Origin: Lama guanicoe
Taxonomy: Eukaryota
Direction of reading: 5' to 3'
Length of the DNA: 64,000 bases
NCBI GenBank assembly: GCA_013239625.1
Contig: MU054096.1
Location: 347,098-411,097, forward strand
Shown here: positions 22,709 to 36,339 of the stretch, piece after piece
How positions within the stretch are numbered: position 1 is the first letter of the stretch
How the letters are laid out: each line of letters begins with the position of its first letter
The notes under the pieces: generated by a model
What the model was told of the DNA's origin: nothing
Seen by the model: only the letters and a program-made list of their open reading frames with translations
Databases searched by the model: none
Position numbers and translations under genes: made by a program

Positions 22709-22990
22709 TAGTAAACAAACTTATGATTACCAGAGGGAAATGGGGGTGGGAAGGGATAAATTGAGAGATCGAGATTTGCAGATACACACTACTATATATA
22801 AAAGAGATAAACAACAAGGTCTACTGTATAGTACAGGGAATTATATTCAATATCATGTAGTAAGTAAACTATAATGAAAAAGAATATGAAAACAAATACA
22901 TGTATATGTATGACTGAAACATTAGGCTGTACATCAAAAATTGGCACATTGTAAACTGACTATACTTCACTTAACAACAACTACAACAAG
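22709..22990 (+). mobile_element. LINE-1 3' UTR fragment
   Basis: AACAAACTTATGATTACCAGAGGG...GTAAACTGACTATACTTC with a (CAA)n tail. Confidence 0.88.
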
Positions 22991-24572
22991 ACCAACTTGC
23001 AATACAGTACTGTGTTGAAATGAAGGAACTTAATACCAGAAAATTACTGAACCACAAAGGGTTAAACCAAGATTTATTTTCTAAAAAGTTGATTTAATTT
23101 TATTACTCTCAATGTGACTTAATATTTCAAGGGCAAAAGTTTTTTTCTTCTTTTTTTTTCTTGCTTTCTTTCCCTCAGTTTTTAAATAAACTCAAATCCA
23201 TTAGCACATTACGGGGATAATGAGTTCAAATGTACTTATTGATTTGGTATGAGATGAAAATAATTTAGAGAGAGCAGATCTAGAGAGAAACATACACAAG
23301 TAAACAAAAATCCTAGACTGAACTACATGAGGGCAGGAAACCTCTTTAGTTCAGCCTGTGATTGGCAGCCTCTACTATGGTGTCTGGCATGGGGCACAGA
23401 GATGCTCAGTACCATTTGCTCTGATGGAAGCAGGGCTGTAGCTCCAAGTATGAACATTGCACGGTGCTGTGGAAGTTCATCGCGGAGGCACTCAAAGCTG
23501 ACTGTGTGGTTGGGGAAGAAACCCAGAGGGAGCAGAAGAGGAGGGGGAATGAGATGGCCACCGAGCAGCAGGAGGTAAAGCCCCCAGGCATTCTCCTGAG
23601 AAGTGCACTGGCAGGACACTAGGTGGACCACATTCAAGGTTTCAAACCTCCTTCTGAGTTAACCAGCTATTTATATTTTACTAGGCAATGATTTGTTACA
23701 GTGAGAAGCTAAGTAACACTTACTATATCATACTGCTAAGATGTATATAAATAAAACTATTTCAAGGTAGGCAGTATTGAGTGAACAACCTTAGGAACAG
23801 GAAAATCAAGAGGGAATTTGGAAAAGGGCAAACATTTTGACAATTATGGAATCAAATTGCATGTGTAAGATAATCAAAATCTATCCACTGATTCTGTAGG
23901 AATTTAAAGCAACTGATATATTCACTTCTTTTAAATTATGTAAGTGAATTCATTTTTGTAAACAAATGAACAGTGCAGACAAAACTAAAGTTCGTTAACT
24001 ACCCCAAATTGAAATTCCACATCTAATTTCCCTATCTTGATGTAAACACTGTTATGAGTTTGATTTCTCTCCCTGGATAATCTCTATGCATTTATAAGTG
24101 TGTATATGAACCTGTAGAAAAATATGGAGTTCTAGTGTTATTTTTAAACATAAGTTGCCTCACAATCTTTGTATGTTCCCCAACTACCTTTTTTTTTTTT
24201 GTCCATTTAACATTAATTATTGGAGAGTGTTTCATGTGAGTGATCTAGGTCTAATTTAATCTTTTAACTGTGAAACAATTTTCTAAATATAAGTGTGCCA
24301 TCATTTCCTTTATTTCATTTTCCTACTAATAGAACTTGACATTGTTTCCAGTCTTTAGCTGTTGCAAACAATGTCATGATGAACAAATTTCTGCCCTCAT
24401 GGAGTTTGTTCTAGTTGGGAAAGAGACAATAAACAAAATAAGACACAAAATACTTAGGATATTAGAAAATGATACATTATCAGGAAAGAAATAAAAGGAT
24501 ACAAAATGTCAGAGTTGGGGAGGTAAGTTATATTTTAAGTAAAGAAAGGTTTTGTTGAAAAGATGATTTCTC

Positions 24573-24692
24573 AGGGAGGGTATAGCTCAGTGTGCCTGTT
24601 TAGCGTGCACAAGGTCCTGGGTTCAATCCCCAGTCCCTCCATTGAAGTAAATAAATAAATAAGCTTAATTACCTCCCTTCTTAAAAAAAAAA
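24573..24692 (+). mobile_element. Vic-1-like SINE inserted in an L2 relic (~24390-24740)
   Basis: GGGAGGGTATAGCTCAGTG...GTCCTGGGTTCAATCCCCAG; flanks read CTGCCCTCATGGAG...TCTAG and AGACCTGAAGGA (L2-like). Confidence 0.88.
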
Positions 24693-25759
24693 GAGAAAGG
24701 ATTATTTCCAATAAGACCTGAAGGAGTTGGGAGAGTGACAGGTGCCCTGTTAGCAATAGATCATGTCTCTGGGAATTGTATCAGTTTCATAGAATTATTT
24801 GTAAGATATAAGTCTATTTAAGAACACTACTCTATTGTATTAAATATGACTTTAGTCTTTGCTAAATTATAGTTTTTATGACTCTCTAAGCATTCCCTCT
24901 TCTGCTTTCTTTAACCAACCATTCATCAGCTCACTTCATTTATTTGCTAAATACATTTCCCCAGTAATGAGCTCTGGGATTCCCAGTTGAGATTCTATAT
25001 CAAGTTGCTTTTATTTCATAGCTTTTTCTACCCATATGAGGTTTACTAGACTAACTGAATTATTTTTACCTGTAGCATATACGTATATATATATTCTGTC
25101 TACTCCTCTAGGAAGGTAAGTCTTGATGTATGAGGTCCCAGACTCCATTGAGAATCTGATGAAACTTACACATCATCTGCCTGAAATATATATATTTTTT
25201 TACCCTCCCTTCCACAAGATTTTACCTTTGACAACAGTGGATTCAGAGATATCCAGACATCCAAGCAGAGATCAGGGTCCAGAGACCCTATGCTAAAAAA
25301 CAAAGCCAAACAAAAAGAAGTCATTCTGAAACTCTAAAACCCACTTGCAGTGTAGAAAAGACCTATAGAGGACTCTGTCACTGACTCGCATGTCATGATG
25401 CTCCTGAAGTTTTGCTTGTGTGTAAGTGTAGGGATGGAGGCTGGGATGAGGAGGGAAATTCAAACAGAAACAAAAAGGCTTCTGTAGCTCATTACCACCT
25501 TTACTGTAAGGATATGTAACTCGCCGTGTTTGGTTGTTAAGGCCGTGGGAGAAACTTCTTTGTCTAGTCTCCGACTCAGGAAATATTTTCGCACTTTTCT
25601 GAAACAGCGGCTTTGTTTTAACTTGCAGTGTCCGCTGTAAGTCTTATCATTTGGTGGCTGTTTAGAAGGCATTAGAAGGCTCAGTTCCCGTGTGTCTGCC
25701 CTGCAAGAGAAGACCTCGTTTTCCAAAGCACTGCTTGGTAAACATCGTGATAAATATTT

Positions 25760-25945
25760 TATGAGGATTTTCCCCTTTATTTCTCATAGCAGGACTACGA
25801 AGTAGGGGCTGTTTTCAATCTTTGTTTCATAGAGGAGGAAACTGAGCCTTAAGCAGGTTAAGTGACCTTCTTCAAGGTCGCAGGAGATAACAGAGCAGGA
25901 ACATAGACCGCGTTCTGTCTGACAGCAAAATGCTCTTAACCACTC
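25760..25945 (-). mobile_element. MIR
   Basis: GAGGAAACTGAG...GGTTAAGTGACCTT...AAGGTC core. Confidence 0.75.
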
Positions 25946-26968
25946 TGGAAGACACTTGCCTCGGCTGGTATTTTTGGTACTAACCTCCCCCGCTTTCTCT
26001 ATCTTGCCAGCCTATTTTTATTCTCAGTTTAATTTTTCTTACTTGCTTAAATTTTATTTGATCTTTATGTATTTTATACTTTCTTGTAAGTCACCTTAAA
26101 TTCCTTTTTGGGAAAAGGGAGAGTACAAATAAATAAATACAGATATTTCCAGGCATTTATTGAATTATGTGCTGAGTAGACTCAGATGAAAATTTACAGC
26201 CTCTTTCTCTCTCTTTCTCCCCTTCTCTCCTAATTAATTTTTCCCTGTCTCAGCGTGCTATTAATACTTAGATGTTTTCAAAATCTTCTTTAATTAAGAC
26301 ACTGAATATTTTATTTTGTTAAAAAAAATTCCAGGTGCCTGTTTTTTCTTTCTTTTCCCAAACACGTAAATGTTGCCGCTCAAATTCAGTCACATGGTCA
26401 AATCTAAGCCTAAGGATGCTGGAAAATGTGGTCTAGCTGTGTGCTGGACAAGGGGAAGTTGATTCTGGTGGGCAACAGTCTTTGTCTCAATGGATGTATT
26501 AGGCCAGAAACAAATGTAAAAACAAAAATAAGCACGCACTGAAGGCAGGGTGTGGTGTGTGTTGGCCCAACGTTCTGTGCTAAGTGCCTTGCACAGTCCC
26601 TGACATGCACAAGGCAGCAGTGTTTGTGGAAGGACCACCATGTCTTACCAGATCCTCCCTGGGGACTGCCATGGGAATCAGCACATCTCCTACTTCCATG
26701 GTTCCTCTGACGTTCATCTTGGGGTCTGAATTCATGCAGCAATGAATTGGGAGCTGGTGCTATTCCTATACTGAGGAAGTGTACTGACTGCACTGTCCAA
26801 AGGAGGAGGGCTCCCCTCCCACATATTCCAGGCTTTGGAGTTTCAAGTATGTTTCTCATTTAGACTGGGAGGTCATTAAAAATGGTAAAAACAGGGAATG
26901 AAAATGTTTATCTCCAAACAGATGCTATGTATGCTTTCACTTTAATGGATGTCGACTATCAGAAAAGC

Positions 26969-27052
26969 TCCACCACATGAGGGTTGAGATCCACCACATG
27001 AGAGTTGAGATCCACCACATGAGAGTTGAGATCCACCACGTGAGAGCTGAGA
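26969..27052. repeat. Minisatellite, 4 x 21 bp (TCCACCACATGAGAGTTGAGA)
   Basis: Units start at 26969, 26990, 27011 and 27032, with 0-2 mismatches each. Confidence 0.97.
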
Positions 27053-27194
27053 TAATATCATAAGATCACAGCAAATTTTTCATGCCTTGAATATAACAAA
27101 GCTCTCCCTGCATGAAGTAAGGTGACTTTCTGGGGATTTTTGAGAAACCTTACCACTGATTACTATTTTTAAATGTTTTGTTAAAAAAAAAGTC

Positions 27195-29985
27195 AGAAGT
27201 CTATAGCTTAAACTCCCAACAAACAAAAGTCCAAGACCAGTTGGCTTTACAGGTGAATTCTAACAAACATTTAAAGGAGAGTTAACATCTATCCTTATTA
27301 AACTAGCCCAAAAAGCTGCTGACAGAGGAACTCTGAACTCACTCTGTGAGGTCAGCTTTACCCCGATACCAAAACCAGACAAGCTATCACACACACAAAA
27401 AAGAAAATTGCAGGCCAATATCACTGATGAACATAGATGCAAAAATCCTCCATAAAATATTAGCAAACTGAATCCAACAGTATATTAATAGGATTATACA
27501 TCCTGATTGAATGGAGTTTATCCCAGGGATGAAAGGATTTTCTCAATATTCATAAATCAATCAGTGTGCTACACCACAGTAACAAATCGAAGAATCAAAA
27601 CCATATAATCATCACAATAGATGCAGGAAAAAGCTTTTGACAAAATTCAGCATCCATTTATGGTAAAAACACTCAGAAAGTAGGTATAGAGGCCCACTTA
27701 ATATAACACAATAAAGGCCTCATATGATAAACCCACAGCCAACATACTCAACAGTGAAAATCTGAAAGCACTTCCTCTGAGATCAAGAACATGACAAGGA
27801 TGCCCACTCTCGCCTCTTTTATTCAACGTAGAATTGGAAGTCCTAGCCACAGCAATTAGACAAGAAAAAGAAATAAAATAAAACCAAATTGGAAAGGAAG
27901 AAGTAAAATTGTCACTATTTGCAGATGACACATTATGCATAGAATATCCTAAAGATGCTACTAAAAAACTTCTAGAATGAATGAAAAACTAAAATGAAAA
28001 ATTTCTAGAAACTCATCAATGAATTCAATAAAGTCACAGGATACAAAATTAATATACAGAAATCTGTTGCATCTCTATACACTAACAATGAGCCATCAGA
28101 AAGAGAAATTAACAAAATCCCATGTACCATTGTATTTAAAAGAATAAAATACATTGGAATAAACCTATCTAAGGAGGTATAAGACCTGTATTTGGAAAAC
28201 TATGACACTGATGAGAGAATTGAAGATGACACAAACAGATGGGAAGATATATCATATTCCTGGATTAGAAGAATTAACATTGTTAAAATGATCATACTAC
28301 CCATGGCAATCCACAGGTTCAATGCAATCCCTATCAAAATACCAAGGACATTTTTCACAGAATTGGAACAAATAATTTTAAAATTTGTATGGGAACACAA
28401 AAGACCCTGAATAGCCAAACAATCTAGAGAAAGAGGTGCTCTATCTAGAGAAAGAAGTTCTCCAGAGCTGGAGGTAGCACCTGACTTCAGACTATACTAC
28501 AAAGTTACAGTCATCAAAACAGTATGGCACTGGCACAAAAACGGATACACAGATCAATGGAACTGAATAGAAAGCCCAGAAATAAATCCACACACTTATG
28601 GCCAATTAATCTACAACAAAGGAGGCAAAAGTATACAGTGGAAAAAGACAATCTCTTCAATAAGTGGTGCTGGGAAAACAGGACAGCAATATGTAACAGT
28701 ATGAAGTTAGAATATTTTCTAACACCATGTATAAAAATAAACTCAAAGCAGATTAAAGACCTAAATGTAAGACCAGAAATCATAAAACTCCTAGAAAAAA
28801 CATGAGCAGAACACTTTTCGACATAAATCATAGCAATATTGTTTTGGATCTGTCTCCTAAGGCAAAGGAAACAAAAGCAAAAATAAACAAGTGGGACCTA
28901 ACTAAACTTAAAAATTTTTGCACAGGAAAGGAAACCATTGATAAAATGAAAAGACATCCTACTGAATGGGAGAAAATATTTGCAAATATATGACTGATAT
29001 ATCCAAAGTATATAAACAGCTTATAGAACTCAACATCAAAAAAACAAACAACCTGATTGAAAACCTGAAAACAGAAAACCTAAGCAGACACTTTTCCAAA
29101 GAGGATATACAGATGGCCAACAGACACATGAAATGATGCTCAATATCATTCATCATCAGAGAAATGCAAATCAAAACTACAATGAGATGTCATCTCACAC
29201 CTGCCAGAGTGGCTATCATCAAAAACACTACAAATAACAAATGTTAGTGATGGTGTGGAGAAAAGGGAACCCTTGTACACTTTCAGTGGGAATGTAAATT
29301 GGTGCAGCCACTATGGAGAACAGTATGGAGGTTCCAAACAAAACTAAAAATGGAGCTACCGTATGATACAGCAATTCCACTCTTGGGTCTATATCCGAAG
29401 AAAACAAAAACTTTAATTTGAAAAGATGCATGCGCCCCAGTGCTCATAGCAGCACCATTTACAATAGCCAAGATAAGGAAGCTTCTAAGTGTCCATCAAC
29501 AGATGAATGGATAAAGAAGATGTGGTGTACATATACAATGGAATACTACTCAGCCATACAAAAGAATGACAGTTTGCCATTTGCAATAACATGGATGGAC
29601 TTGGAGGGCATTCTGCTTAGTGAAATAAGTCAGACGGAGAAAGACAAATATTATGTGATATCACGTACATGTGGAATCTTAAAAATAAAGCCAAATAGTG
29701 AATATAATAAAAAGAAACAGACTCACAGATATAGAGAACAAATTGATGGTTAGCAGTGGGGTGAGGTGAGTGGAGAGGGTAACATAGGGGCAGGAGATTA
29801 AGAGGTACAAACTACTATGTATAAAACAATTAAGCTGCAAGGATATACTGTACAGCACAGGAAATAGCCAATTTTTTATAATAACTATAAATGGAATATA
29901 ACCTTAAAAAATTGTGAGTCACTATGCTGTACATTTGAAACTTACATAATATTCTACATCAACTGTACCTCAATAGAAAAATTGA
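27195..29985 (+). mobile_element. Degenerate 5'-truncated LINE-1 (~2.8 kb): ORF2 RT and C-terminal region plus 3' UTR
   Basis: Fragmented ORFs with L1 ORF2 peptides ([37 protein letters not shown]); CTATTTGCAGATGAC (FADD) at ~27915; many frameshifts. Confidence 0.95.
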
Positions 29986-30589
29986 AAGGTAAAAAAACCT
30001 TAATGACTTCTCACAAATTGAACACACTTGTTCAGCCAGTGCCCAGACCAAGAAACAGAAATTTCCATCAGCCCCAAAACTACCCTCAAGCTACCTTCCA
30101 GACCTACCTCCTCCCAAGGGGTAAATGTGATTTTGACATCTAAAAGCGTAGCCTAGAATTGGCTTGTTTTTGTCCTCAGAGGAGTTAAACAATACAATAT
30201 GTACCTTTTCTCTCTTGCTTGATTCCCTCGTCAATGTTTGTGTGAAATGCACTCATATTGTTGCACATAGTCAGTTCTCATTGCTGTATTATTTAATTAT
30301 ACCATTATTCAAATAAACCACAATTTATTATCCATTCTATTGTTGAAGAGATTTGGGGAGGTCTCCATTTTTGGCTATTGCAACTCACTAGCCCTGAAGA
30401 AATTTTTCAAAAGCAGTACCTTATTATGAAGTCTCTGTTCATCCAACCAGTAATCTAGTCAACCAGATTCTATAAACAGAGTTCTGCTCCTGTAAGTTAT
30501 TCCTTTTTCAGTAATTGATTAAATTATTTTCTGTTAGTAAAATAAATGATGGGCAGAGTAGGGAGTTAAGAGAGGGAACCAAAGAGTCA

Positions 30590-31070
30590 TGTATTGCTGT
30601 ATGGTCAAGAATAACAATATTTAGTGGCTTAAAAATAACAATGTTATTATTTCTCATAATTCTGTGGGTTGGTTGTGATCAGGTGGGCAGCTGATCTTCT
30701 GCTCCAAGTGGCACAACAGGAATCCTCACATGGTTGCAAATCAGCCTGGGAATATTCAAGTTGGTTTCACCCACATCTGGACGCTCTGATTCTAGAGCAG
30801 CTGGAATGGCGGGGAAGGGGGCTGCCTGACCTCTCTCCCTGGGGTGTCCCATCAGTCACAAATCCAGCCCAGGTGTTTTTACACGGTGACCAGATGACCA
30901 CCCTCTTGGGGCTGAGGCTCTGGAACTCACAGAATATCACTCATTTTCTGTGAGTGACAGCAGACCCCAGGGCCAAACTGAGATCCAAGAGGAAGTCAGC
31001 TGGACTCCCCTGCGGGGTGGGAGAACCAGCGTGCTTTCACAAGGATGAAAAGAATTTTTGGTAGCCCGTC
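30590..31070 (-). mobile_element. MLT1H/J-like MaLR LTR
   Basis: TTTAGTGGCTTAAAAATAAC...TTATTATTTCTCATAATTCTGTGGGTTG pattern. Confidence 0.6.
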
Positions 31071-31959
31071 ACCTCTGAGATTGATTTACTGCGATAATCC
31101 ACCTTGCTCCCAGCCAGGACTTGGGAGAGGGAGAAATACTGGGCAAAAGCTTTAGGGCTATGTGGACAAGTGACTGGATTAATCTAGAAAAGGGGTAAAG
31201 CTGATGGCATAGAGGAGGAAGGGTTGCTGCATAGAGCTGGAAATGAGAGTCAGGATACATACATGATCTCCAGTCTTGCATTGCTGAGGGCATATTCACT
31301 CACCTAGCAAATGTTTAATGTCGGTGACATGAGGCAGTGAAATAGATTGACAGACCATTCGTGGAAGCAGCACCATCCTTTCCAGTTGCCTGTTCAGAAG
31401 GCTGTAAACATTTGGAAGTCAGATTGCTCACAGGACAGAGAGAGGGACTGAGGTAGGGACGTGGATGAACTTGGGACACGTGGAGTGAGGAGGAAAGACT
31501 GGTACAGAAGCTGGCAGGGGTGGGGGAGGGGCCCCTGGGGAGACCTGTCAGCTCCTCTGTGGGCTGCACATGCCTGGCAGGTACCCGCAGACTTTCACGT
31601 GGGTCTAACTGAAGGAGCTAAGTCAAAGTAGTGCAGGAAGTTTCAGGACTGCAGAAAAAAGTAGTCAGTGTGCTGGCAGCAGATGACGTTTCACAGGACT
31701 GCGAGGGGTTGGCTGTGTTTGATTAGCCACTGGAGAAGGACTTGAGATGAAGAGAACCAGGGATTTTTGCAACTGGTTGAAGGTGAGACATATTTTGTTT
31801 GGGATCAATGGTTGTTAAAGTTTCAGACAACTTTCAGTGACATCGCTGGTGGTCTGTCCAAGGAGAACGTGGTCAGGGAGGCAGGGACATTATAGGGGCT
31901 CACTCACATCACCTTGTCCGCATCACTTCAGGGTGCGCCAGCCTCACTGTCAAGGGCAG

Positions 31960-32750
31960 CCCCTGATTTTCTTGTCCCCAGGGCTCTCCCTTGTCTCCAG
32001 AGTCAGCTTTGCCACCAGAAGGGACCAGATATTCAATAGTACGCCTTCACCAATGACTGACAGGATTTGGTTGATAAATAACCCAATTTCCTTGCCTCTC
32101 AAGGGGGTAATTTTGAGGTGTGTGTTCTACCCTGGCCCCAAGTGGGATTCGGCTCCAGCTGGCCTGATAACTTCGGCTTTAATGACTGCCTTCGCTTTCA
32201 ACGCTGTTTATCACACAGTGTCTGAATACAAGGTCAACAGATCAGCTGGTCGCTCGTCGTTCCCAAGAGGAGGGTCTCATGGTGCCATCAGGAGGTAGGG
32301 CAAGAAGAAGGAATTGGGGCTGGTCAGGAGGCTGGAGGAGGGGGCTGTGGGAAAGAGCCCTCGATGTGGTTACACCAAGAAGAAACAGGCGAGGCAGGAT
32401 GGGCTCTAAGGCACAGCCCCTGCCTGTCATCTGGAACCCGGTCCTGGGTGATTAGAGCAGGTGAATAATTGCCTGATGTGTGAGAGCCTGAGAAAGGAGG
32501 TGGCTCAGTGTGGGCTCTGGATTGGCTGGTTGTATTTGAAACCTGTTCAAAAGCAAGTCCTTATCCATCTCTAGGACCTGGTGGACCCTGGGGCACATCG
32601 CAGCATCGGATACAGAAATAAAAGACTTGGTAAATATAGACTCTTACTTCCTTCCCCCATATCTGTGTTCCTAGCTCCTCTCAGATCAACTCCTTGAATC
32701 TGAATCCTTTTCTCAGGCTCTGCTTTTGGGGGAATTCAGGCAGTTACAAT
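31960..32750. mobile_element. LTR16-like ERVL LTR interrupted by a MER21/MER77-like LTR piece (~32200-32640)
   Basis: GGTAATTTTGAGGTGTGTGTTCTAC and CTCAGGCTCTGCTTTTGGGGGAA (LTR16-like); GGCTCTGGATTGGCTGG (MER21 group). Confidence 0.5.
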
Positions 32751-32937
32751 GACTCTTGTAATAAGCTGGATTTGGGGTGGCCAAACCAAGGTGGTGGCCA
32801 TGAGCATAGAAAGAAAGGGGTTCTCTAGAATGTACAGTCTTTTCACTCTTGAAATCATGTTAGTTGAACTGGGAAGAATATATATGTATATATTTTTTGG
32901 AATTTAATCTCAAATGAAGTATAATCCCAATCATTAA

Positions 32938-33131
32938 ATGCTGTGTTGGAAGCAATTTATACCACCCCATGTGAACTGAAATCCCAAATGTTCAGGAAAT
33001 TTGAACGCAGATGGGTAAAATGTTGGTGGCTTGAAATTAGCCATGATGGGAGTATTTACACCACAGAAACTGGCAAACGCTGTAAATCAGGCTTCTCCGC
33101 CAAGAGGGCAGCTTTACCAGCACAGCATTGC
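32938..33131 (-). mobile_element. MER63-like hAT-Blackjack element
   Basis: GGGAGTATTTACACCACAGAAACTGGCAAACGCTGTAAATCAGG matches MER63 in reverse. Confidence 0.7.
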
Positions 33132-34229
33132 TACTCTGGGAAGTTTATAGGTAAAACAATATAGTGTCATGGAGTTTTAGTGTTGGGAGAGCAATCAGGA
33201 TTCATTTACTCGAACCTCCTAAATTCAAACATAGGACATGAGTCCCAGCAAGAGTGAGGGAGAAATTTGTCCAAGAAGAGAGTTCGTGGCAGTGCAATCT
33301 AACACAGTTCTCTCAGTAAATAAGGCTCCTCACAACTGGGATGGGATTTTAATATCAATATCAATATTACTAACATAAACATTTTTTCCACCTCCAGATT
33401 TTATTTATAAAGTAGTGTGTGTTGAGGAGAGGGCAAGGAGGGAGAGAGAGAGAGAAAGACAGGGAAAGATCCTTCCATGGCATTCCCTGCTGGCAGTTTA
33501 ATTGAATAAAATCATTCTGTTAAAGGCTGAAAATAAATAAATAAACATTCCCTGAGCATTCACTGATGCTGTAAATACAGAAAGTCTGTTACTGAAAGGC
33601 AGTTAAGTAGATGCCAAGGGAGAACATGGTGACAAAAATCTCAACCAAATATTGATATGAACATATTTCCATTTGTGTGGAAATATGTTCCCTCCGTGCG
33701 GGAAAGAAACTGTAAGCGGACAAGTACAAACAACACATTGAAGAAACGCTGAATGCAGAAGCTGCTTATCTGCCAGAGCAAACCGCGCCTCCTCATTCTG
33801 TGAATTTTCCTGGAGAGATTGTCATGAAATTTACTTACGCAAAGGGGAAGCCAGGATTCTTCCATTCAAGGAAAAATGACAGATTTTAAGGTCTGCTGTT
33901 TGGTGAGGCTGAAAACACACACAATATGGTTACGTTCCAAGCAGGTACTTTGATTGGCTCAGCAGGGATTTTAAACCCCAGAGAAAAGGCTACGTGATTT
34001 CGCTTTTGGAGACTTGTATGTATTCATGTATTAGCCTATAGACTATTTCTATTTGGTATCATTATCTTTGTTCCCAAGAGTCCAACGTGTTTTGAACTCC
34101 GTGGTTCCAAGTTTTAGATCTTTCACATCATTTCCAGATTAATTAAAATCAGGATATTATTCTCCTAACAGTCTTCTTTTCTTTCCAAATATGAAACATA
34201 TTCTTGGGACTAATTAAAAGGAATAGATC

Positions 34230-34735
34230 AACCTTAAGAAATACGACAGTCAAATCCTAATTGAAGGACAAACACCCTCCCAGCACTTCTCAAAGGGCGT
34301 TCAAAACAAGGGAAGTCAGAGAAGCTGTCACAGCCAAGAGGAGCCTAAGGAGACAGGAGAGCGAAGGGTGTGTGTGATAACACACATTGGCTCCTGGAAC
34401 AGAAAAAGGACATTAAGAAAAGCTGAGGAAATTTCAGTCAAATATGGACTTCAGTTATTAATAATAATAATACATCAATGTCAATTCATTAACTCTTTTT
34501 TTTTTTGAGTAAAGGTAGATTTATTCAGAGAGATACACACTCCATAGTGGGCCCTATTGGAAGGCGAAGGAGAGAGTCAATTCATTAATTCTAATAAGTG
34601 GACCCGACTAGTGTAGGATGCTAATAGTAGGAAAAACTGAGTGTGGGGACCTAGCAAATCTCTGTAATATCTTTGCAATGATTCTGTAAATTTAAAACTG
34701 GTGTAAAAATTTTTTTAATTTATTAAAAAAAAATC
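34230..34735 (+). mobile_element. Old L1MC-like 3' fragment, interrupted at 34497-34575
   Basis: CTGTCACAGCCAAGAGGAGCCTAAGGAGAC...CCTGGAACAGAAAAAGGACATTA L1MC 3' motifs. Confidence 0.7.
34497..34575 (-). mobile_element. Polyadenylated retrocopy of an ERV-LTR transcript 3' end (TPRT insertion)
   Basis: Minus strand reads ...CTATGGAGTGTGTATCTCTCTGAATAAATCTACCTTTACTC-poly(A); TSD GTCAATTCATTAA(C/T)TCT at 34480-34496 and 34576-34592; homologous to 46974-47014. Confidence 0.85.
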
Positions 34736-35098
34736 AGAAACATTTTTTGGGACAATGAGAGATGGGTTCGTTTTAGCTTTCATCCAGCTACACACCGCTG
34801 ACTTAGAGATTCCAGAGCGAAGTCCCCAAGGACAGCTGAGGACCGTGCTGGTGAAGGACAGAGTGAGCATCAGATGAGATTCATTAGAACATTACCCAGT
34901 GCCCCAACCTGTGATCCAGGGACATTTATTCTTATGCTACATGGGAGTAATTAGATCTGTGGGAGGGAACTGGGAAAGGAGAAACCAAGCTTGCACAGGT
35001 CAAATTTCTTTTAATGGGGCCCTGGTGGGGGAAAAGAGGCCAATGGGTACTTAGGATTGCTTTTTAGCCGATGTTTAGTTCCTGGGTAGAGCTCTTTC

Positions 35099-35613
35099 TG
35101 TGGTGGTCTCCAAGGATGGCCACCATTCATTTCTTCTTCCCTCCGTGTACTTGCTGCTCATGTCAGGAGTGGGGTCCCACCCCCTCCCCTTGACCTGAGC
35201 TTAGTGACCCACTTCCCCAGCAGAGTGAGAAGGAGCTGACGTTCTGTAACTTCTGAGTCTGGGTTATCACGACCTTCTTCCTGGGTCTTGGGATGCCTCT
35301 CTTGGCAATCTCCCTGGAAACGAGCCACCACGCTGTGAAGAGGGTGGCCACGTGGAGAGGCCACGACCAGCTCCTCTGGTGGACAGTCCCGGCTGAGCCT
35401 TGAGCCCCAGCCCTGTGGGCCGGCCATGTCGGACACCCACCCCAGTTAAACCATCACAGGATTCCAGCGCCTCCCAGCATCTGACTGTAACTGTAAGAGA
35501 GACCCCAGGCACTAACAGCCTTGGATGAGCACAGTCAACCTGCGGAATTATGAAGGAAAATAATAAGCCCCTGAGTTTTGGGCTGGCCTGTAAGACAGCA
35601 AGAGACAATTGGA
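35099..35613 (+). mobile_element. MLT1F/G-like MaLR solo LTR
   Basis: TGTGGTGG...GATGGCCACCATTC start; GCCACCACGCTGTGAAGAGG; AATAAG...GTTTTGGG end. Confidence 0.7.
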
Positions 35614-36339
35614 ATTCTCCCTTAAAAAGCAACCTATGTAGACATTTCCCAAGATTTGACCAATAGGTGATGTAGGTCTCCGAAAGCAATCTGCATGGTC
35701 CCTGGAATAGCAGCTAGAATCAGTAACTCTTGATTAAATGTAGTCTATACTAAGAGTACTTAGCACGAAGTGTTGATAAATGATAAACAGGCCAGATTTG
35801 CAGGCTCAATGCAACTTTGGATCTTAAATAAATCTTATATTGCCCCCAGTTTTAATACTTCTTTCACCCCCTTAGGATTATAGAACTGTACGTTAGAGTC
35901 AGGAGATTTTTTTCCCCCAGATTTTAATTGTTGCTCTTTTCGGGGGTCTAACATTTTTGTAGGTGTGTGTTAAAAAGAAGGAAGGTAAGAGAAGGAAGAA
36001 AAGAAGGAAGGAAAAAAACAGCATTTTGTTACTGGAGTTGATCATCTTTCATGTCTTATTCTTCTGTATCTCTGCATTTTTACCCCTAAAATAAGATGAA
36101 ATAAAATAAAATAAAATAAAATAAAACTCAGTTCTTTACCACATATCCCAGGCAGTGTTCAAAGTGTTGTGTACATATTAACTAATTTAATGCTAATGAT
36201 GTCTCTATGAGTTTGGTACTGCTACCATCTTTATTCTACAGTTGAAGAAACAGAGGCACAGAGAGTTTAAGAAATCTGTCCAGGGTTGGCTACTCAAATG
36301 GCATTTCAGACTTGGGTCATCTATTTCCAAAAGCTATGT

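Noticed and set aside
23280..23640. Purine-rich stretch resembling a processed pseudogene
   Set aside because: No recognisable peptide, poly(A) or TSD; better explained by L2 relics.
26969..27052. CRISPR-like appearance of the repeat
   Set aside because: Contiguous tandem units without spacers, in mammalian DNA.
27195..29985. Reverse transcriptase gene as an active or novel system
   Set aside because: 5'-truncated, frameshifted LINE-1 lacking ORF1 and the endonuclease domain.
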